64,000 bases of DNA. Origin: Eledone cirrhosa (lineage: Eukaryota). Each line of letters starts with the position of its first letter. Within the stretch, counting starts at the first letter, position 1. Location: NCBI GenBank assembly GCA_964016885.1, contig CAXHJY010000568.1, forward strand, positions 30,786-94,785, written 5' to 3'. A program made the translations under genes and the position numbers. Under the pieces are notes generated by a model, which was given only the letters and a program-made list of their open reading frames with translations, had not been told where the DNA came from and made no database searches. Below are positions 1 to 13,700 of this stretch, piece after piece.

Positions 1-159
1 ATTCGGGTTATCGTTATGTTTTCTTAACTTCATAAGGCATATTGTTGTTTGAGGGAATATTAATCAAAAACACCACATGCAAGTCTGCACAGTAGACACT
101 ACAGTTTTTAAGCCAAAAAAGAAACTTAACATTGTAACTTTAACACAGCTACTGAGCGA

Positions 160-188
160 CCCCGAGCAACGCCGGGCTTTACTGCTAG
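160..188 (+). mobile_element. Helitron-type 3' terminus (GC hairpin + CTAG|T)
   Basis: CCCGAGCAACGCCGGG hairpin, 8-nt spacer, CTAG followed by T. Similar motifs occur at 3036 (minus), 43999 and 44543. Confidence 0.65.
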
Positions 189-1735
189 TATGTTATAAAA
201 TAAATAGGATGTGTTGGGGGTCTCAATATGTAAACTAAATGACAAATTCTGGTTTAAAAAAAAATCAACTGAGACAACCTAGAAAAGTTACAGGATTTTC
301 CATCCCTTCCTGCTTATTCCCACTTCTCTATTATTTGGGACTCGAGAGTAACTTATAATGTCCTGTACCCCCTGAAACCACACTAGCAAGACATTTTTGA
401 AAAGTATAAAACAGATCTATGACTGTCTCATATTAAAAATTAAAGTTTGTTTTTTTAGGTTACTGCAAAATATGACAACAATCGGTCCACTAGTAAAGAT
501 ACAATAAGTATTTAGTACAAAAATGTACAGTTGACCACCACTTGTATAGTTCTAAATCTAATTCTGTGCAGTAAGATTACATTTTGTGTGAAATACTATG
601 TGTTTACGTAGTAAATGATAGTTAAAAGACTACCTATTACAAATGCTTCTCAAACTCAGAGAATATCGAACATAAGGTCATAGCACTTGTCTCAAAGATT
701 TGGGTAATTCTAACATTTTTTTTAAAATCTGAAATGCACACTTAAAATTTTCTACAGAAATAATATGCTGCTACAAAAGGAACTTCAAACATCACTGGTG
801 ACAACTTGCTATATTATACTAAAAGAAGAGAAATAAATAAAGAAATATATAGAAATATATTTTGTAAATAAGACAATAGAACCGTGTGGAAATGGAAGCA
901 CCAATTGAAACATAAGTTTTAAATCTCCGAAGCCGTTTATGAAAGTATTGAAAAAGACAAGAAAACACACTTCGATCTTCCGACGTGGAAGAGGCTCCTA
1001 TCAGAAGAAACCGTCACCGAATCATCATTTTTCTTACCTGTTGTACAAACCTGGCTGGACACAGAACACTGCACAAACATTCTAAAAGTTCTATAGAGTT
1101 ATGAAATAATACATATGAATAAGCCATAGATGACGAACATGATTAAGTAATGTCAGTTTCATGAGGAGATAAAACGCCTCCATCCTTTTGAAGGAAAAAA
1201 AAAAAAAAAATGAGTATAAATCCTGAAAACTGTAAGTCCGGTATTGAAAAAAAAAAAAAAAAAATCACAAGAGGTTGACACTCCAAATTCACTATTCTCC
1301 TTTTACTTTGCTCTACTTTTCAAATTAAACGGTTCAGTTATATTCAAATATTGTAAGCGCGTCCATTGAGAATATCGTTATGTTATTTGCGAAAATGAAA
1401 AACAAATCTTTATATCCCAGACAGAAATGTTGACTTTTATTTCTAGATACTTTTTTTTATATAATTGTCTGCTGGTGGATTTTGTATTTCGCTCTATATC
1501 TTCACTTGCACTATAACTGTATCGCATTACAAATTAAAGTCTTTAGTTTACAGCAACATTTCACAACAATCGGTCCACTAGTAAAAATATTTTAAATATG
1601 TGAATTAACAAACCTGGTTCTAGATATTTTCTGCTAAAACATTACAGGATACTAAGATAAGCTTTAGTATTACTCCATCCCAACCTTATAACTATAGGGG
1701 CTATACTTATTAGTTTATAACAATAGGGGTTATAC

Positions 1736-2189
1736 CAGGGGTCCCCAACCTTTTGGGTCCACAGGGCAGATAGCCATGCAGCGGTGGCTACGCGGACCGG
1801 ATGCACAATTAATACTACTTATATACAAATAAGTAATCATTTATTTATCCCTTATGTTAGATTTGAAACAAAATTCAATATTGATACTTAGAGCTGTCCC
1901 AAGCAGAAAAATACATTTAAACATTGTTTTATTCGGCAATATCGATAGATTGGGTGCAAATTTATTGCAAACTGTACCCTTTTTAGAACCCTCGCGAGCA
2001 GGATAAAGGCCTTCGCGGGCCAGATTGAAACCTTTCACGGGCCGGATTGAAACCCTTCGCGGGCCAGATTGAAACCCTTCACGGGCCAGATTGAAACCCT
2101 TCACGGGCCAGATTGAAACCCTTCACGGGCCAGATTGAAACCCTTCACGGGCCAGATATGGCCTGCGGGCCGGAGGTTGGGGACCCCTG
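1736..2189. mobile_element. Non-autonomous hAT (Charlie-like) MITE, 454 bp
   Basis: 16-bp TIRs CAGGGGTCCCCAACCT / AGGTTGGGGACCCCTG. Perfect 8-bp TSD GGTTATAC at 1728-1735 and 2190-2197. Confidence 0.93.
2010..2156. repeat. 22-bp tandem repeat inside the hAT MITE (CCTTCACGGGCCAGATTGAAAC, about 7 copies)
   Basis: Read directly. The unit contains the CGGGCC subterminal motif. Confidence 0.9.
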
Positions 2190-2621
2190 GGTTATACTGA
2201 TATCCTATTAGTTTATAACTATAGGGGCTCTACTGTTACCGTATTAGTTTATAACTATAGGGGTTTTACTTATGCTTTATTATTTTATAACTATAGGGGC
2301 TCTAGGGATAACTTATTAGTTTATAGCTATAGAGGCTCTACTGTTACCTTAGTTTATAACTATAGGGACTCTACTGATATCTTATTAGTTTATAACTATA
2401 GGGGCTCTATTGTTACCTTATTAGTTTATAACTTTAGGGATTTTACTGATATCCTATTATTTTATAACTATAGGGGATCTACTGACACTCAGGACAAGAT
2501 TGGTTGTAAATATATTAATGACATCTGTATTATGAAAGCATGTTTGGCACAACATAGAAAAGGAAGGGTCCCCCGCCCCCTCATTTACTTTGGGCATGAC
2601 TGGACATGGGTTTTGCATCCA

Positions 2622-2818
2622 TAACTAACAACAGTAACAACAGCAACAACAACAACAGAAACAACAGCAACAACAGTAATAACAACAACAACAGCAGTAA
2701 TAACAGCAGCAACAATAACAACAACAACAACAACAGCAGCTGCAACAACAACAACAGCGGTAATTACAGCAGCAACAATGACAACAACAACAACAACAGC
2801 CCCAACAACAAAAACAAT

Positions 2819-2852
<34 letters not shown>

Positions 2853-3020
2853 ACAACAACAGTAAGAAGAACAACAACAACAAAAAGAATAGCAACAGCA
2901 ACAACAACAACAGCCACAGCAGCAACAACAGCAACAAAAACAACAGCAACTACAACAGCAACAAAACTACCACTACAGCATCACCATCACCACCACCACC
3001 ACCATCACCACCACCATCAT
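2622..3020. repeat. Compound trinucleotide microsatellite (AAC/AGC)n then (CAC/CAT)n
   Basis: Read directly. Explains the poly-N/T/V/L/H ORFs. Confidence 0.95.
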
Positions 3021-3035
3021 AAATATATATATATA

Positions 3036-3480
3036 CTAGCAGAGGTACGCAGCGTTGCTCAGGTATTAAATAGCAGTTGTGTATACCATTTATGTCAATA
3101 CTTCAGTGCTGCTTCGAAAACTATACTTTTACAAAATCATCGGCTTTTTCCAAAAAGGGGTTCCTTCCCCCAGGGGTCCCCTACCCAAAATGTGCCAATT
3201 CTGAGAGTTCACATTCATCTGTAGGACAAACGTAGCATATGTGTCAAGTTTTGTGAAAATCGGTAGCGAACTCCAGAAGTTATGACGTTTTGTTGCATTG
3301 CACTGCAGTGCTTCAGTCGACCCCAAGGAAGTGGTTAAAGTGGTTAAAGGGGTTATCTGCCGGCGGGCCCTATAATCAATATCTGGAAAAATGACAGTGC
3401 CTATGACCATCCGGAGTACATAAGTAACATATGTCTTAAGTTTGGTGAAAATACTGTAGAAATGCATAAGGTTTATACAT
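3036..3480 (-). mobile_element. Non-autonomous Helitron-like element remnant
   Basis: Minus strand ends CCTGAGCAACGCTGCGTACCTCTGCTAG|T. Two internal copies of a CCGATTTTCACAAAACTTGACAC-like motif of the kind seen in small invertebrate Helitrons. Adjoins a (GT)n array. Confidence 0.6.
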
Positions 3481-3595
<115 letters not shown>

Positions 3596-3735
3596 TCCGT
3601 CGGGGCATACGTATGTACTGGCCTAAATCTTCACTATTTACTTTTACTATTTTAATAACCTCTGTCATTTTCGTTTTCAATTTTATTTACATCATTCTTA
3701 AACTCCGGGGCTGGAAATCATTCTGTTATTTTAAA

Positions 3736-3955
3736 TAGAATATTAGTCTAACGACTCCATTTACACCATAAACTTGGTCTTGTCTTTGCATGAAATTGTT
3801 CTTCACGCTCCACATAACGACGTATTATCTTCGCTTTTTCCCCCTTTCATTGCCAGGGAACGTCTTCACGAACCAAAATATCGTCTTCCTGTTTTCGTTC
3901 GGTTGCAACATTTCTCGAAATAATTACTTCTGCGTTCACAGATTACTCTCAGTTC
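3736..3955 (-). repeat. Unclassified dispersed repeat, inverted homolog of 38700-38910
   Basis: Shared blocks AATCTGT-AACGCAGAA, GTTGCAACCG, ACAGGAAGACGATA-TTTGGTTCGTG, GCAAAGACA, TTTATGGT, GTCGT-AGACTAAT. Confidence 0.75.
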
Positions 3956-4263
3956 AATTTGAATGGGAAATTCCTGTTTCATCGATTTTCTCCGTAACCA
4001 TGGAAGATTGTAGCTTGAAAGTCGACCCAACGACTCCTCGGGTCATTCTGCATAACTGTGTACATTTTCGCTGCATTCCACCAAGCCGTTTCGATGTTTA
4101 TCCGACTACACCTACACATACAACGTCCGACCACTTCCAATTTATATAGCAGATTTGTTTATATATGAATGACAAAAAGAAAAGTACAAAACTATACATG
4201 AATTGTTTCTATTAAACCTTCAATTTAAGACACAACCTACATATTTGATAGGACTCCAGCTCA

Positions 4264-4380
4264 CTTCTTCTTCTTCTTCTTCTTTTGCTCCTCCTGGAAC
4301 ATTGGGCTGCGAGCCATCCCACACAACGCCATGTTCTGAGTCTGCTTTTCAACTCCACCATGATGCACGGTGCGTCATGG
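4264..4380 (-). mobile_element. RTE-type LINE extreme 3' end with (GAA)n tail
   Basis: Minus strand ...GCCCAATGTTCCAGGAGGAGCAAAAGAAGAAGAAG resembles RTE 3' termini. Confidence 0.4.
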
Positions 4381-4712
4381 TGTATCTAACCATTTTTTTA
4401 GGTCTTACTACGGCTGATTTCTTCCAGAGAGAAAGAAAGAGATGGAAAAATGCAGAGAAGATTCATCCCCGGAGGAATAATAAAAAATGTTTACACTGCA
4501 TATTTCATTTTTTCAAAGCTAAAGCTGCCGATCCAAAATCAGTAATTCAACTCCCCGAAAACTTTCAAATATATGCTGTTCTAGCATGAATATTATGCTA
4601 AGGATAAGCTGTCCACAAAGTAAGAATTACTTGCATATCCCGCTCATATAAACACATAAATACATGCATACATACATTACAGTTGATATTTTTTTTTTAT
4701 TAAAGCGTTTTC

Positions 4713-4716
<4 letters not shown>

Positions 4717-4776
<60 letters not shown>
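4717..4776. repeat. (TA)n microsatellite
   Basis: Read directly. Further (TA)n tracts at about 9200, 9730, 26585, 43137 and 43394. Confidence 0.95.
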
Positions 4777-4780
<4 letters not shown>

Positions 4781-6119
4781 CGAAACATAAGTCAATTGCA
4801 TGAACTCATAATCCTTTATTTACTGCTTTATTTGTATGAAATTGTAAATAAGACAAAAGTATTAGAACAGAGGGAAATAACTCACCGAACGCGATAGTTT
4901 TGGAGCCCCAGGGACCACATTTTTCAAGTTAGAGATTTGAAACCTCGTCTATTTACTTCCTTGGTACTTTTTACATAGGTGTGTAAATTTTCATGTCAGT
5001 CCGACGACGTCTACTACCATTTAACTGTGCACATCTGAATTTCAACCACCACCCATTTCACAAATATATATTAGATATTTAGCCCATCATCAGATCAGAC
5101 CCAAGAAACAATATTCCCTGTAGTTATTTCATTGCTGATGCTATCTGCTGTCACAACTCTTCAACTCTGGACAGGAATAATTGGGTTAAAGCCTGAAGAC
5201 TAAAACTTTCTCTGAAAATATTTCAGCATCTGATCACTTATTGACTTTATTCAAGGTTCATATGTAACCCAGGTTGGAACTCTGCTTATATGTCTGGTAC
5301 AGTGCTTATGACACCCACCAATACATCCTAGACTGCATTTTAAAAACTGAATACGAAACAAGCATTTTAAGGCCCCCCCCCCCCCACACACACACACAAA
5401 AGAGCAGTTTATATGAGTAGAAAAAAGTACCAGTCATGTACGGTGGCAGAGGAGGAGAACCTTCTCATGTTGACAGGCCACATTCAGTTACTTGTAATAT
5501 AATTAAGAAACCATAATTATATATTCTTAACATTGTGATAATCACTGTCGTACTAAAGATCTCACTAACCAGCCACAGACAGTAATGGTTCCAGTCAAGC
5601 AGGAATTTAATGTACATTCTAGAATCACAGAACTAAAACATGAGTATAGAAAGTGTTGAAATGGTCCTTATGTTCTACTAATTTTTTAATTCTGGCTGTC
5701 TGTCAGTGTGGATTATTTCATTGAATTTTCTTTTACTCTTTGCTATTTAAAATATATTCATCTTATGGTTTAAATTAATATAATTAGACAGACAGAAACA
5801 TATTAATAACATTTTTTAATTTTTTGGAAATTTTGATTCATTCAAAGGTCCACACAGAATGGCATAGAAAGCCACACATGGCCTTAAGGTTACCTATCTC
5901 TGTACTGTGGGTTACCCATCTCTGTACTGTGGGTTAATTCATTATACTGTACGGTCAATTCATTATACTGTACGGTCCCTTATCCTTCTACACAAATATT
6001 GTCTGGTGCCAATATCAGAAAATAATAATTATGTGAAGCCATGTTTTACATTGTGTGTGATCAATAAAAACTGCTTAATTCATTGTAAATAACTATTTAA
6101 AACATTCTTATAAGAAGGC

Positions 6120-8725
6120 ATTGTTATTATAGAGTACTTATCATAAAGTATTTATCATAACATACAGTTATAAAGTACTTATAATAAAGTACTTATCATA
6201 ATATACAGTTATTATAACGTACTTATCATAAAACATTTTTATCGTAAATTAACTGTTACAATTATTATCATGAAGTAACTGTTAAGATTATTATCACAAA
6301 ACACTGTTATTATAAAGTATTTATCATAAAACACTGTTATTATAAAACACTGTTATTATAAAACACTGTTATTATAAAACACTGTTATTATAAAACACTT
6401 ATTATAAAACAACTGTTATTATAAAACAACTGTTATTATAAAACAACTTATTATAAAACGCTGTTATTATAAAACAACTGTTATTATAAAACAACTGTTA
6501 TTAGAAAACACTGTTATTATAAAACAGCTGTTATTATAAAACACTTATTATAAAACAACTGTTATTAGAAAACACTGTTGTTATAAAACAACTGTTATTA
6601 TAAAACACTGTTATTATAAAACACTGTTATTATAAAACAACTGTTATTATAAAACACTGTTATTATAAAACAACTGTTATTATAAAACAACTGTTATTAT
6701 AAAACACTGTTATTATAAAACAACTGTTATTATAAAACAATTGTTATTATAAAACACTGTTATTATAAAATATTGTTATTATAAAACACTGTTATTATAA
6801 AACACTGTTATTACAAAACAACTGTTATTATAAAACACTGTTATTATAAAACACTGTTATTACAAAACAACTGTTATTATAAAACAACTGTTATTATAAA
6901 ACAACTGTTATTATAAAACACTGTTATTATAAAACACTGTTATTATAAAACACTGTTATTATAAAACACTGTTATTATAAAACAATTGTTATTATAAAAC
7001 ACTGTTATTATAAAACACTGTTATTATAAAACAACTGTTATTATAAAACACTGTTATTATAAAACACTGCTATTATAAAACACTGCTATTATAAAACACT
7101 GTTATAAAAAACCACTGTTATCGCAAAACACTGCTATCATACAACGCCCTTATTACACAACACCTTTATAAACACTCTTATAAAACACAGTTATGATAAA
7201 GCACTCTTATCACAAAATACTGTTATCATTACACACTATTATCATAAACCCCTGCTATCACGAAAACTGTTATCAGAAAACACTGTTATCATAAAACATT
7301 GTTATCACAAAACACTATTATCATACAGCACACTTATCATAAAACACGCTTACAAAACAGTTATGATAAAGCATTGTTATCTTAAAACTCTCTGTTATCA
7401 TACTGTGCCTTTATCATAACACACACTTATAAAAAAACCGTTATTATAACATTCTGATATCATATGACACACACAGTGATCATAAAATTCTGCCATAAAA
7501 AAGACTGATATTTTAAAATATTGTCATCATAAAACACTGTTATAAAATACAGTTACGATAAAGCAATGGCATCATAATACATTCTTATAAAATACTTATA
7601 AAACACTGTTATCATAAAATATTGTTATCACAAACACTGTTCTCATAAAACGCTATTATCATGAAAAACTGTTATCATAAAACACTTCTCATAAACCACT
7701 GTTATCATGAAACACTGTTATCATAAACACTGTAATCATAAACATTGTTATCACAAAACACTGTTATCATGAAACACTGTTATAATAAAACACTGTTATC
7801 ATAAAACACTTATCATAAACACTGTTATCATAAAACACTGTTATCATGAAACACTGTTATCATAAACCACTGTTATAAAACACTGTTATCATAAACACTT
7901 TTATCATAAAACACTGTTATCATGAAGCACTTTTATCATAAAACACTGTTATCATGATACACTGTATCATAAAACGCTGTTATCATAAAACACTTATCAT
8001 AAAACAGTTATCATAAAACACTGTAGTCATAAAACACTTTTATCATAAAACACTGTTCTCATAAACCACTGTTATCATGAAACACTGTTATCATAAACAC
8101 TGTAATCATAAACACTGTTATCACAAAACACTGTTATCATGAAACACTGTTATAATAAAACACTGTTATCATAAAACACTTATCATAAACACTGTTATCA
8201 TAAAACACTGTTATCATGAAACACTGTTATCATAAACCACTGTTATAAAACACTGTTATCATAAACACTGTTATCATAAACACTTTTATCATAAAACACT
8301 GTTATCATGAAGCACTTTTATCATAAAACACTGTTATCATGATACACTGTATCATAAAACGCTGTTATCATAAAACACTTATCATAAAACAGTTATCATA
8401 AAACACTGTAGTCATAAAACACTTTTATCATAAAACACTGTTCTCATAAACCACTGTTATCATGAAACACTGTTATCATAAACACTGTAATCATAAACAC
8501 TGTTATCACAAAACACTGTTATCATGAAACACTGTTATCATAAAACACTGTTATCATAAAACACTTATCATAAACACTGTTATCATAAAACACTGTTATC
8601 ATGAAACACTGTTATCATAAACCACTGTTATAAAACACTGTTATCATAAACACTTTTATCATAAAACACTGTTATCATGAAACACTTTTATCATAAAACA
8701 CTGTTATCATGAAACACTTATCATA
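6120..8725. repeat. AT-rich 15-17-bp minisatellite (ATAAAACACTGTTATT grading into ATAAAACACTGTTATC) with 370/385-bp higher-order repeat
   Basis: Monomer visible throughout. Diagnostic TTCTCATAAACCACTG at 7686, 8056 and 8441; GTAGTCAT at 8023 and 8408. Confidence 0.92.
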
Positions 8726-9102
8726 AAATGGCTGTCATTTTATCTGTTTAAACTGTAAACTTCCTCTAATTTCCTCGACACAACTCCACACTGTATTAGA
8801 CTATGTATATGAACTACACATAAATAATACTTTAAAAACGAAACAAAACAAACGAACATTGTATTTGATGGTTCTGTATTTAGTGATTTATTATTTAAAG
8901 GGTTTAGTTATCTGTTTTTGAAAAAATACCCCACAAAATTATCTATAAATATGATTAACAAAAGTAAGAAACTATATATAAAGAATTGTTTTAACGGCTT
9001 GTAACTTCTTCATTCACTCATTCATTTGCTTATTCACACTCTGCTTAAACCATACGCTAAATATTAACTTCCTCTAATATTTAACCCTGCTAACCCAAGC
9101 AT

Positions 9103-9135
9103 CGAGCGCACCACGCTTCGGTTTTTGGCATCTAG
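9103..9135 (+). mobile_element. Helitron-type 3' terminus
   Basis: CGAGCG-CACCA-CGCTTCG imperfect hairpin, 11-nt spacer, CTAG|T. Confidence 0.45.
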
Positions 9136-9196
9136 TGTTCTGTATCGCACCTCTTTGTACCTCTCTACTCCATCCTCTCTTACGATACCTTAACCC

Positions 9197-9242
<46 letters not shown>

Positions 9243-9456
9243 TATAAGAAAATGCAAAGTAGTTTCAGATGTTAAAGTCCTTTAATGATAATGCTGTGAT
9301 ACATATTTCAATGTTGATAGTGGCCACACTATTCCGTGTACCCAGTGCCGTGACATCATCAGACAGCTTCTTACGTAATAAGGTTACGTCCCCGAAGCAA
9401 TCCAAATTGAATCGACAAGGGAACGGACAAAGTGGGTGTTCTTGAATCCTTCGCCC

Positions 9457-9564
<108 letters not shown>

Positions 9565-9726
9565 TGGTCCCAATAACTTTTTTTAGTTATTGATCGCACC
9601 AACTCTGAGGTATATGATTTTTAATGCGATGATATACCAATGATGGTTGGAAAATCACGGACGAAGGACTATTTTTATCATATGTAACCCATGTGCAACC
9701 ACGCAGTATTCTTCTTTCTTCTCATG

Positions 9727-9776
<50 letters not shown>

Positions 9777-9824
9777 GAGAGAGAGAGAGAAGGGAGACAA
9801 CATACCTACTCAATTACACACAAT

Positions 9825-9907
9825 AGAGATTAGCTGAAAAGTTCATAGGCTGACCAAGATACTCTCATGGAATGACAAAATGAAGTTTATTTTTCAACAT
9901 AGTCCCT
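9825..9907 (+). mobile_element. Tc1/mariner terminal remnant
   Basis: GCTGAAAAGTTCATAGGCTGAC...TTTTCAACATAGTCCC resembles mariner TIR/subterminal sequence. Related to 27185-27215. Confidence 0.45.
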
Positions 9908-10780
9908 GGAAAGAAACAATGCAGTTATTAATAAGAAGAGTCGCCAAGAATTAGCTTATGACCCTCATACAATAGAGAGTGAATGAAGGAGTTTCTCTCA
10001 AAATATTTTGAAGCAATCCTAGCCTCATGCATCATGATGGTGAAGCTAAGATGCTGGAATAGTCAAGTACCTTGACTTGGAGCATCACCTGATACTTAAA
10101 TATGGCGACAACAGTGATTTATTGTTGGAATTGTTCTTCTCCCTATCTCTCTTCTCACTCTCTCCTCTCTTTCTCTGTACCTCATCTCTCTCTCTCACTT
10201 TTTCCCCCTCTCTCTCTCTTACTCTCTTTCTCTCTCACTCTCTCTGGGGTGGGGTGGAGATGGGGTGGGAGAATAAGAGCATGGGTGGGAGGAGGTGGCG
10301 TGGCATGGGTTGGGTGGGGTGGTAGAATAAGAGCATGGATGTGTGGGGGTGGAAAGATCAGAGAAAAATGAATAAGCGCGGAGGATAGGACGACAATGAA
10401 GACGATGACGACGACGACGATGACCGCCATTAGAGACGAGAGACTACCCTAACCACAAGGCCACGTGACTTTATTTCTTCAGGTTTAATAAAAACAAAAC
10501 AAAAGAAACTATGTCAGACAAGAATTGGTTTTGAAGGGTATCGATAGAAGGAAGTAACAATTATTAGATAATCGATATTATAGTATTGATTATCTAATAA
10601 TATCATATTATATCTGTAGACAACGTAATACTACGGAGGATACATTACTGACGAATCTAGTGGAGGTGAAGGGTAGGTGTGGGGGACATGTGGGGAGTGC
10701 GGGGGTGGCTGGGGTAGGTGTGGGGTAGGTGTGGGGTTTGTAGAGAGGTGTGGGGGAGGTGTGGGGTAGGGTGCGGGAGG

Positions 10781-13700
10781 TGTAGTGTGGTATAGTGTAG
10801 TGTGGTGTAGTATAGTGTGGTGTAGTGTGATGTAGTGTAGTGTAGTGTGATGTAGTATAGTGTAGTGTGATGTAGTGTAGTGTGGTATAGTGTAGTGTGG
10901 TGTGATGTAGTGTGGTGTGGTGTGGTATAGTGTAGTGTGGTGTAGTGTAGTGTGGTGTGGTGTGGTGTGATGTAGTGTAGTGTAGTGTGATGTAGTATAG
11001 TGTAGTGTGATGTGGTATAGTGTAGTGTGGTGTTGTGTAGTGTGGTGTGGTGTGGTATAGTGTAGTGTGGTGTGATGTAGTGTGGTGTGGTGTGGTATAG
11101 TGTAGTGTGGTGTGGTGTGGTATAGTGTAGTGTGGTGTAGTGTAGTGTGGTGTGGTGTAGGGTGATGTAGTGTAGTGTAGTTTGATGTAGTATAGTGTAG
11201 TGTGATGTGGTATAGTGTAGTGTGGTGTTGTGTAGTGTGGTGTGGTGTGGTATAGTGTAGTGTGGTGTAGTGTGGTGTGGTGTGGTGTAGTGTGATGTAG
11301 TGTAGTGTGGTGTGGTGTAATGTGATGTAGTGTAGTGTAGTGTGATGTATTATAGTGTAGTGTGATGTAGTGTAGTGTGGTGTGATGTAGTGTGGTGTGG
11401 TATAGTGTAGTGTGGTGTAGTGTAGTGTGGTGTGGTGTAGTGTGATGTAGTGTAGTGTAGTGTGATGTAGTATAGTGTAGTGTGATGTAGTGTAGTGTGG
11501 TATAGTGTAGTGTGGTGTGATGTAGTGTGATGTGGTGTGGTATAGTGTAGTGTGGTGTAGTGTAGTGTGGTGTGGTGTGGTGTAGTGTGATGTAGTGTAG
11601 TGTAGTGTGATGTAGTATAGTGTAGTGTGATGTGGTATAGTGTAGTGTGGTGTTGTGTAGTGTGGTGTGGTGTGGTATAGTGTAGTGTGGTGTAGTGTAG
11701 TGTGGTGTGGTGTAGTGTGATGTAGTGTAGTGTAGTTTGATGTAGTATAGTGTAGTGTGATGTGGTATAGTGTAGTGTGGTGTTGTGTAGTGTGGTGTGG
11801 TGTGGTATAGTGTAGTGTGGTGTAGTGTGGTGTGGTGTGGTGTAGTGTAGTGTCGTGTAGTGTAGTGTGGTGTGGTGTAGTGTGATGTAGTGTAGTGTAG
11901 TGTGATGTATTATAGTGTAGTTGGATGTGGTATAGTGTAGTGTGGTGTTGTGTAGTGTGGTGTGGTGTGGTATAGTGTAGTGTGGTGTTGTGTAGTGTGG
12001 TGTGGTATTGTATAGTGTAGTGTGGTGTAGTGTAGTGTGGTGTGGTGTGGTGTAGTGTGATGTAGTGTAGTGTAGTGTGATGTAGTATAGTGTAGTGTGA
12101 TGTGGTATAGTGTAGTGTGGTGTTGTGTAGTGTGGTGTGGTGTGGTTTAGTGTAGTGTGGTGTAGTGTAGTGTGGTATAGTGTAGTGTGGTGTGATGTAG
12201 TGTGGTGTGGTATAGTATAGTGTGGTGTAGTGTAGTGTGGTATAGTGTAGTGTGGTGTGATGTAGTGTGGTGTGGTGTGGTATAGTGTAGTGTGGTGTAG
12301 TGTAGTGTAGTGTGGTGTGGTGTAGTGTGATGTAGTATAGTGTAGTGTGATGTGGTATAGTGTAGTGTGGTGTTGTGTAGTGTGGTGTGGTATAGTGTAG
12401 TGTGGTGTAGTGTAGTGTGGTGTGGTGTAGTGTAGGGTGGTGTAGTGTGGTGTAGTGTGATGTAGTATAGTGTAGTGTGATAAGGTATAGTGTAGTGTGG
12501 TGTAGTGTAGTGTGGTGTAGTGTAGTGTAGTGTAGTGTGGTGTAGTGTGATGTAGTGTAGTGTAGTGTGGTGTAGTGTGATGTAGTGTAGTGTGATGTGG
12601 TATCGTGTAGTGTGATGTAGTGTAGTGTGGTATAGTGTAGTGTGGTATGATGTAGTGTGGTGTCGTGTGGTATAGTGTAGTGTGGTGTAGTGTAGTGTCG
12701 TGTGGTGTGGTGTAGTGTGATGTAGTGTAGTGTAGTGTGATGTAGTATAGTGTAGTGTGGTGTGATGTAGTGTGGTGTAGTGTAGTGTGGTATAGTGTAG
12801 TGTGGTCTGATATAGTGTGGTGTGGTGTGGTATAGTGTAGTGTGGTGTAGTGTAGTGTGGTGTGGTGTGGTGTAGTGTGATGTAGTGTAGTGTAGTGTGA
12901 TGTGGTATAGTGTAGTGTGGTGTAGTGTAGTGTGGTATAGTGTAGTGTGGTGTGATGTAGTGTGGTGTGGTGTGGTATAGTGTGGTGTGGTGTAGTGTAG
13001 TGTGGTGTGGTGTAGTGTGATGTAGTATAGTGTAGCGTGATGTAGTATAGTGTAGTGTGATGTAGTGTAGTGTGGTATAGTGTAGTGTGGTGTGATGTAG
13101 TGTGGTGTGGTGTGGTATAGTGTAGTGTGGTGTAGTGTAGTGTGGTGTGGTGTGGTGTAGTGTGATGTAGTGTAGTGTAGTGTGATGTAGTATAGTGTAG
13201 TGTGATGTGGTATAATGTAGTGTGGTGTTGTGTAGTGTGGTGTGGTGTGGTATAGTGTAGTGTGGTGTGATGTAGTGTGGTGTGGTATAGTGTAGTGTGG
13301 TGTGGTGTGGTATAGTGTAGTGTCGTGTAGCGTAGTGTGGTGTGGTGTGGTGTATTGTGATGTAGTGTAGTGTAGTGTGATGTAGTATAGTGTAGTGTGA
13401 TGTAGTGTAGTGTGGTATAGTGTAGTGTGGTGTGATGTAGTGTGGTGTGGTGTGGTATAGTGTAGTGTGGTGTAGTGTAGTGTGGTGTGGTGTGGTGTAG
13501 TGTGATGTAGTGTAGTGTAGTGTGATGTAGTATAGTGTAGTGTGATGTGGTATAGTGTAGTGTGGTGTTGTGTAGTGTGGTGTGGTGTGGTATAGTGTAG
13601 TGTGGTGTAGTGTAGTGTGGTGTGGTGTAGTGTGATGTAGTGTAGTGTAGTTTGATGTAGTATAGTGTAGTGTGATGTGGTATAGTGTAGTGTGGTGTTG

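Larger units (their letters stand above)
1684..2487. repeat. ~36-bp minisatellite (TATTAGTTTATAACTATAGGGGCTCTACTG...) interrupted by a hAT MITE
   Basis: About 2 units before 1736 and about 8 units from 2206 to 2487. Confidence 0.85.

Noticed and set aside
437-1590. ~60-bp diverged direct repeat (ACAACAATCGGTCCACTAGTAAA at about 476 and 1564) as LTR pair
   Set aside because: No TG...CA ends, PBS, TSD or coding remnant between the copies.
5190-5230. CTGAAGA...GAAA hammerhead-like match (also CTGATGA at about 5090, 9355 and 36618 on minus)
   Set aside because: No stem II or stem I pairing, or no GAAA. The 36618 site is LINE coding sequence.
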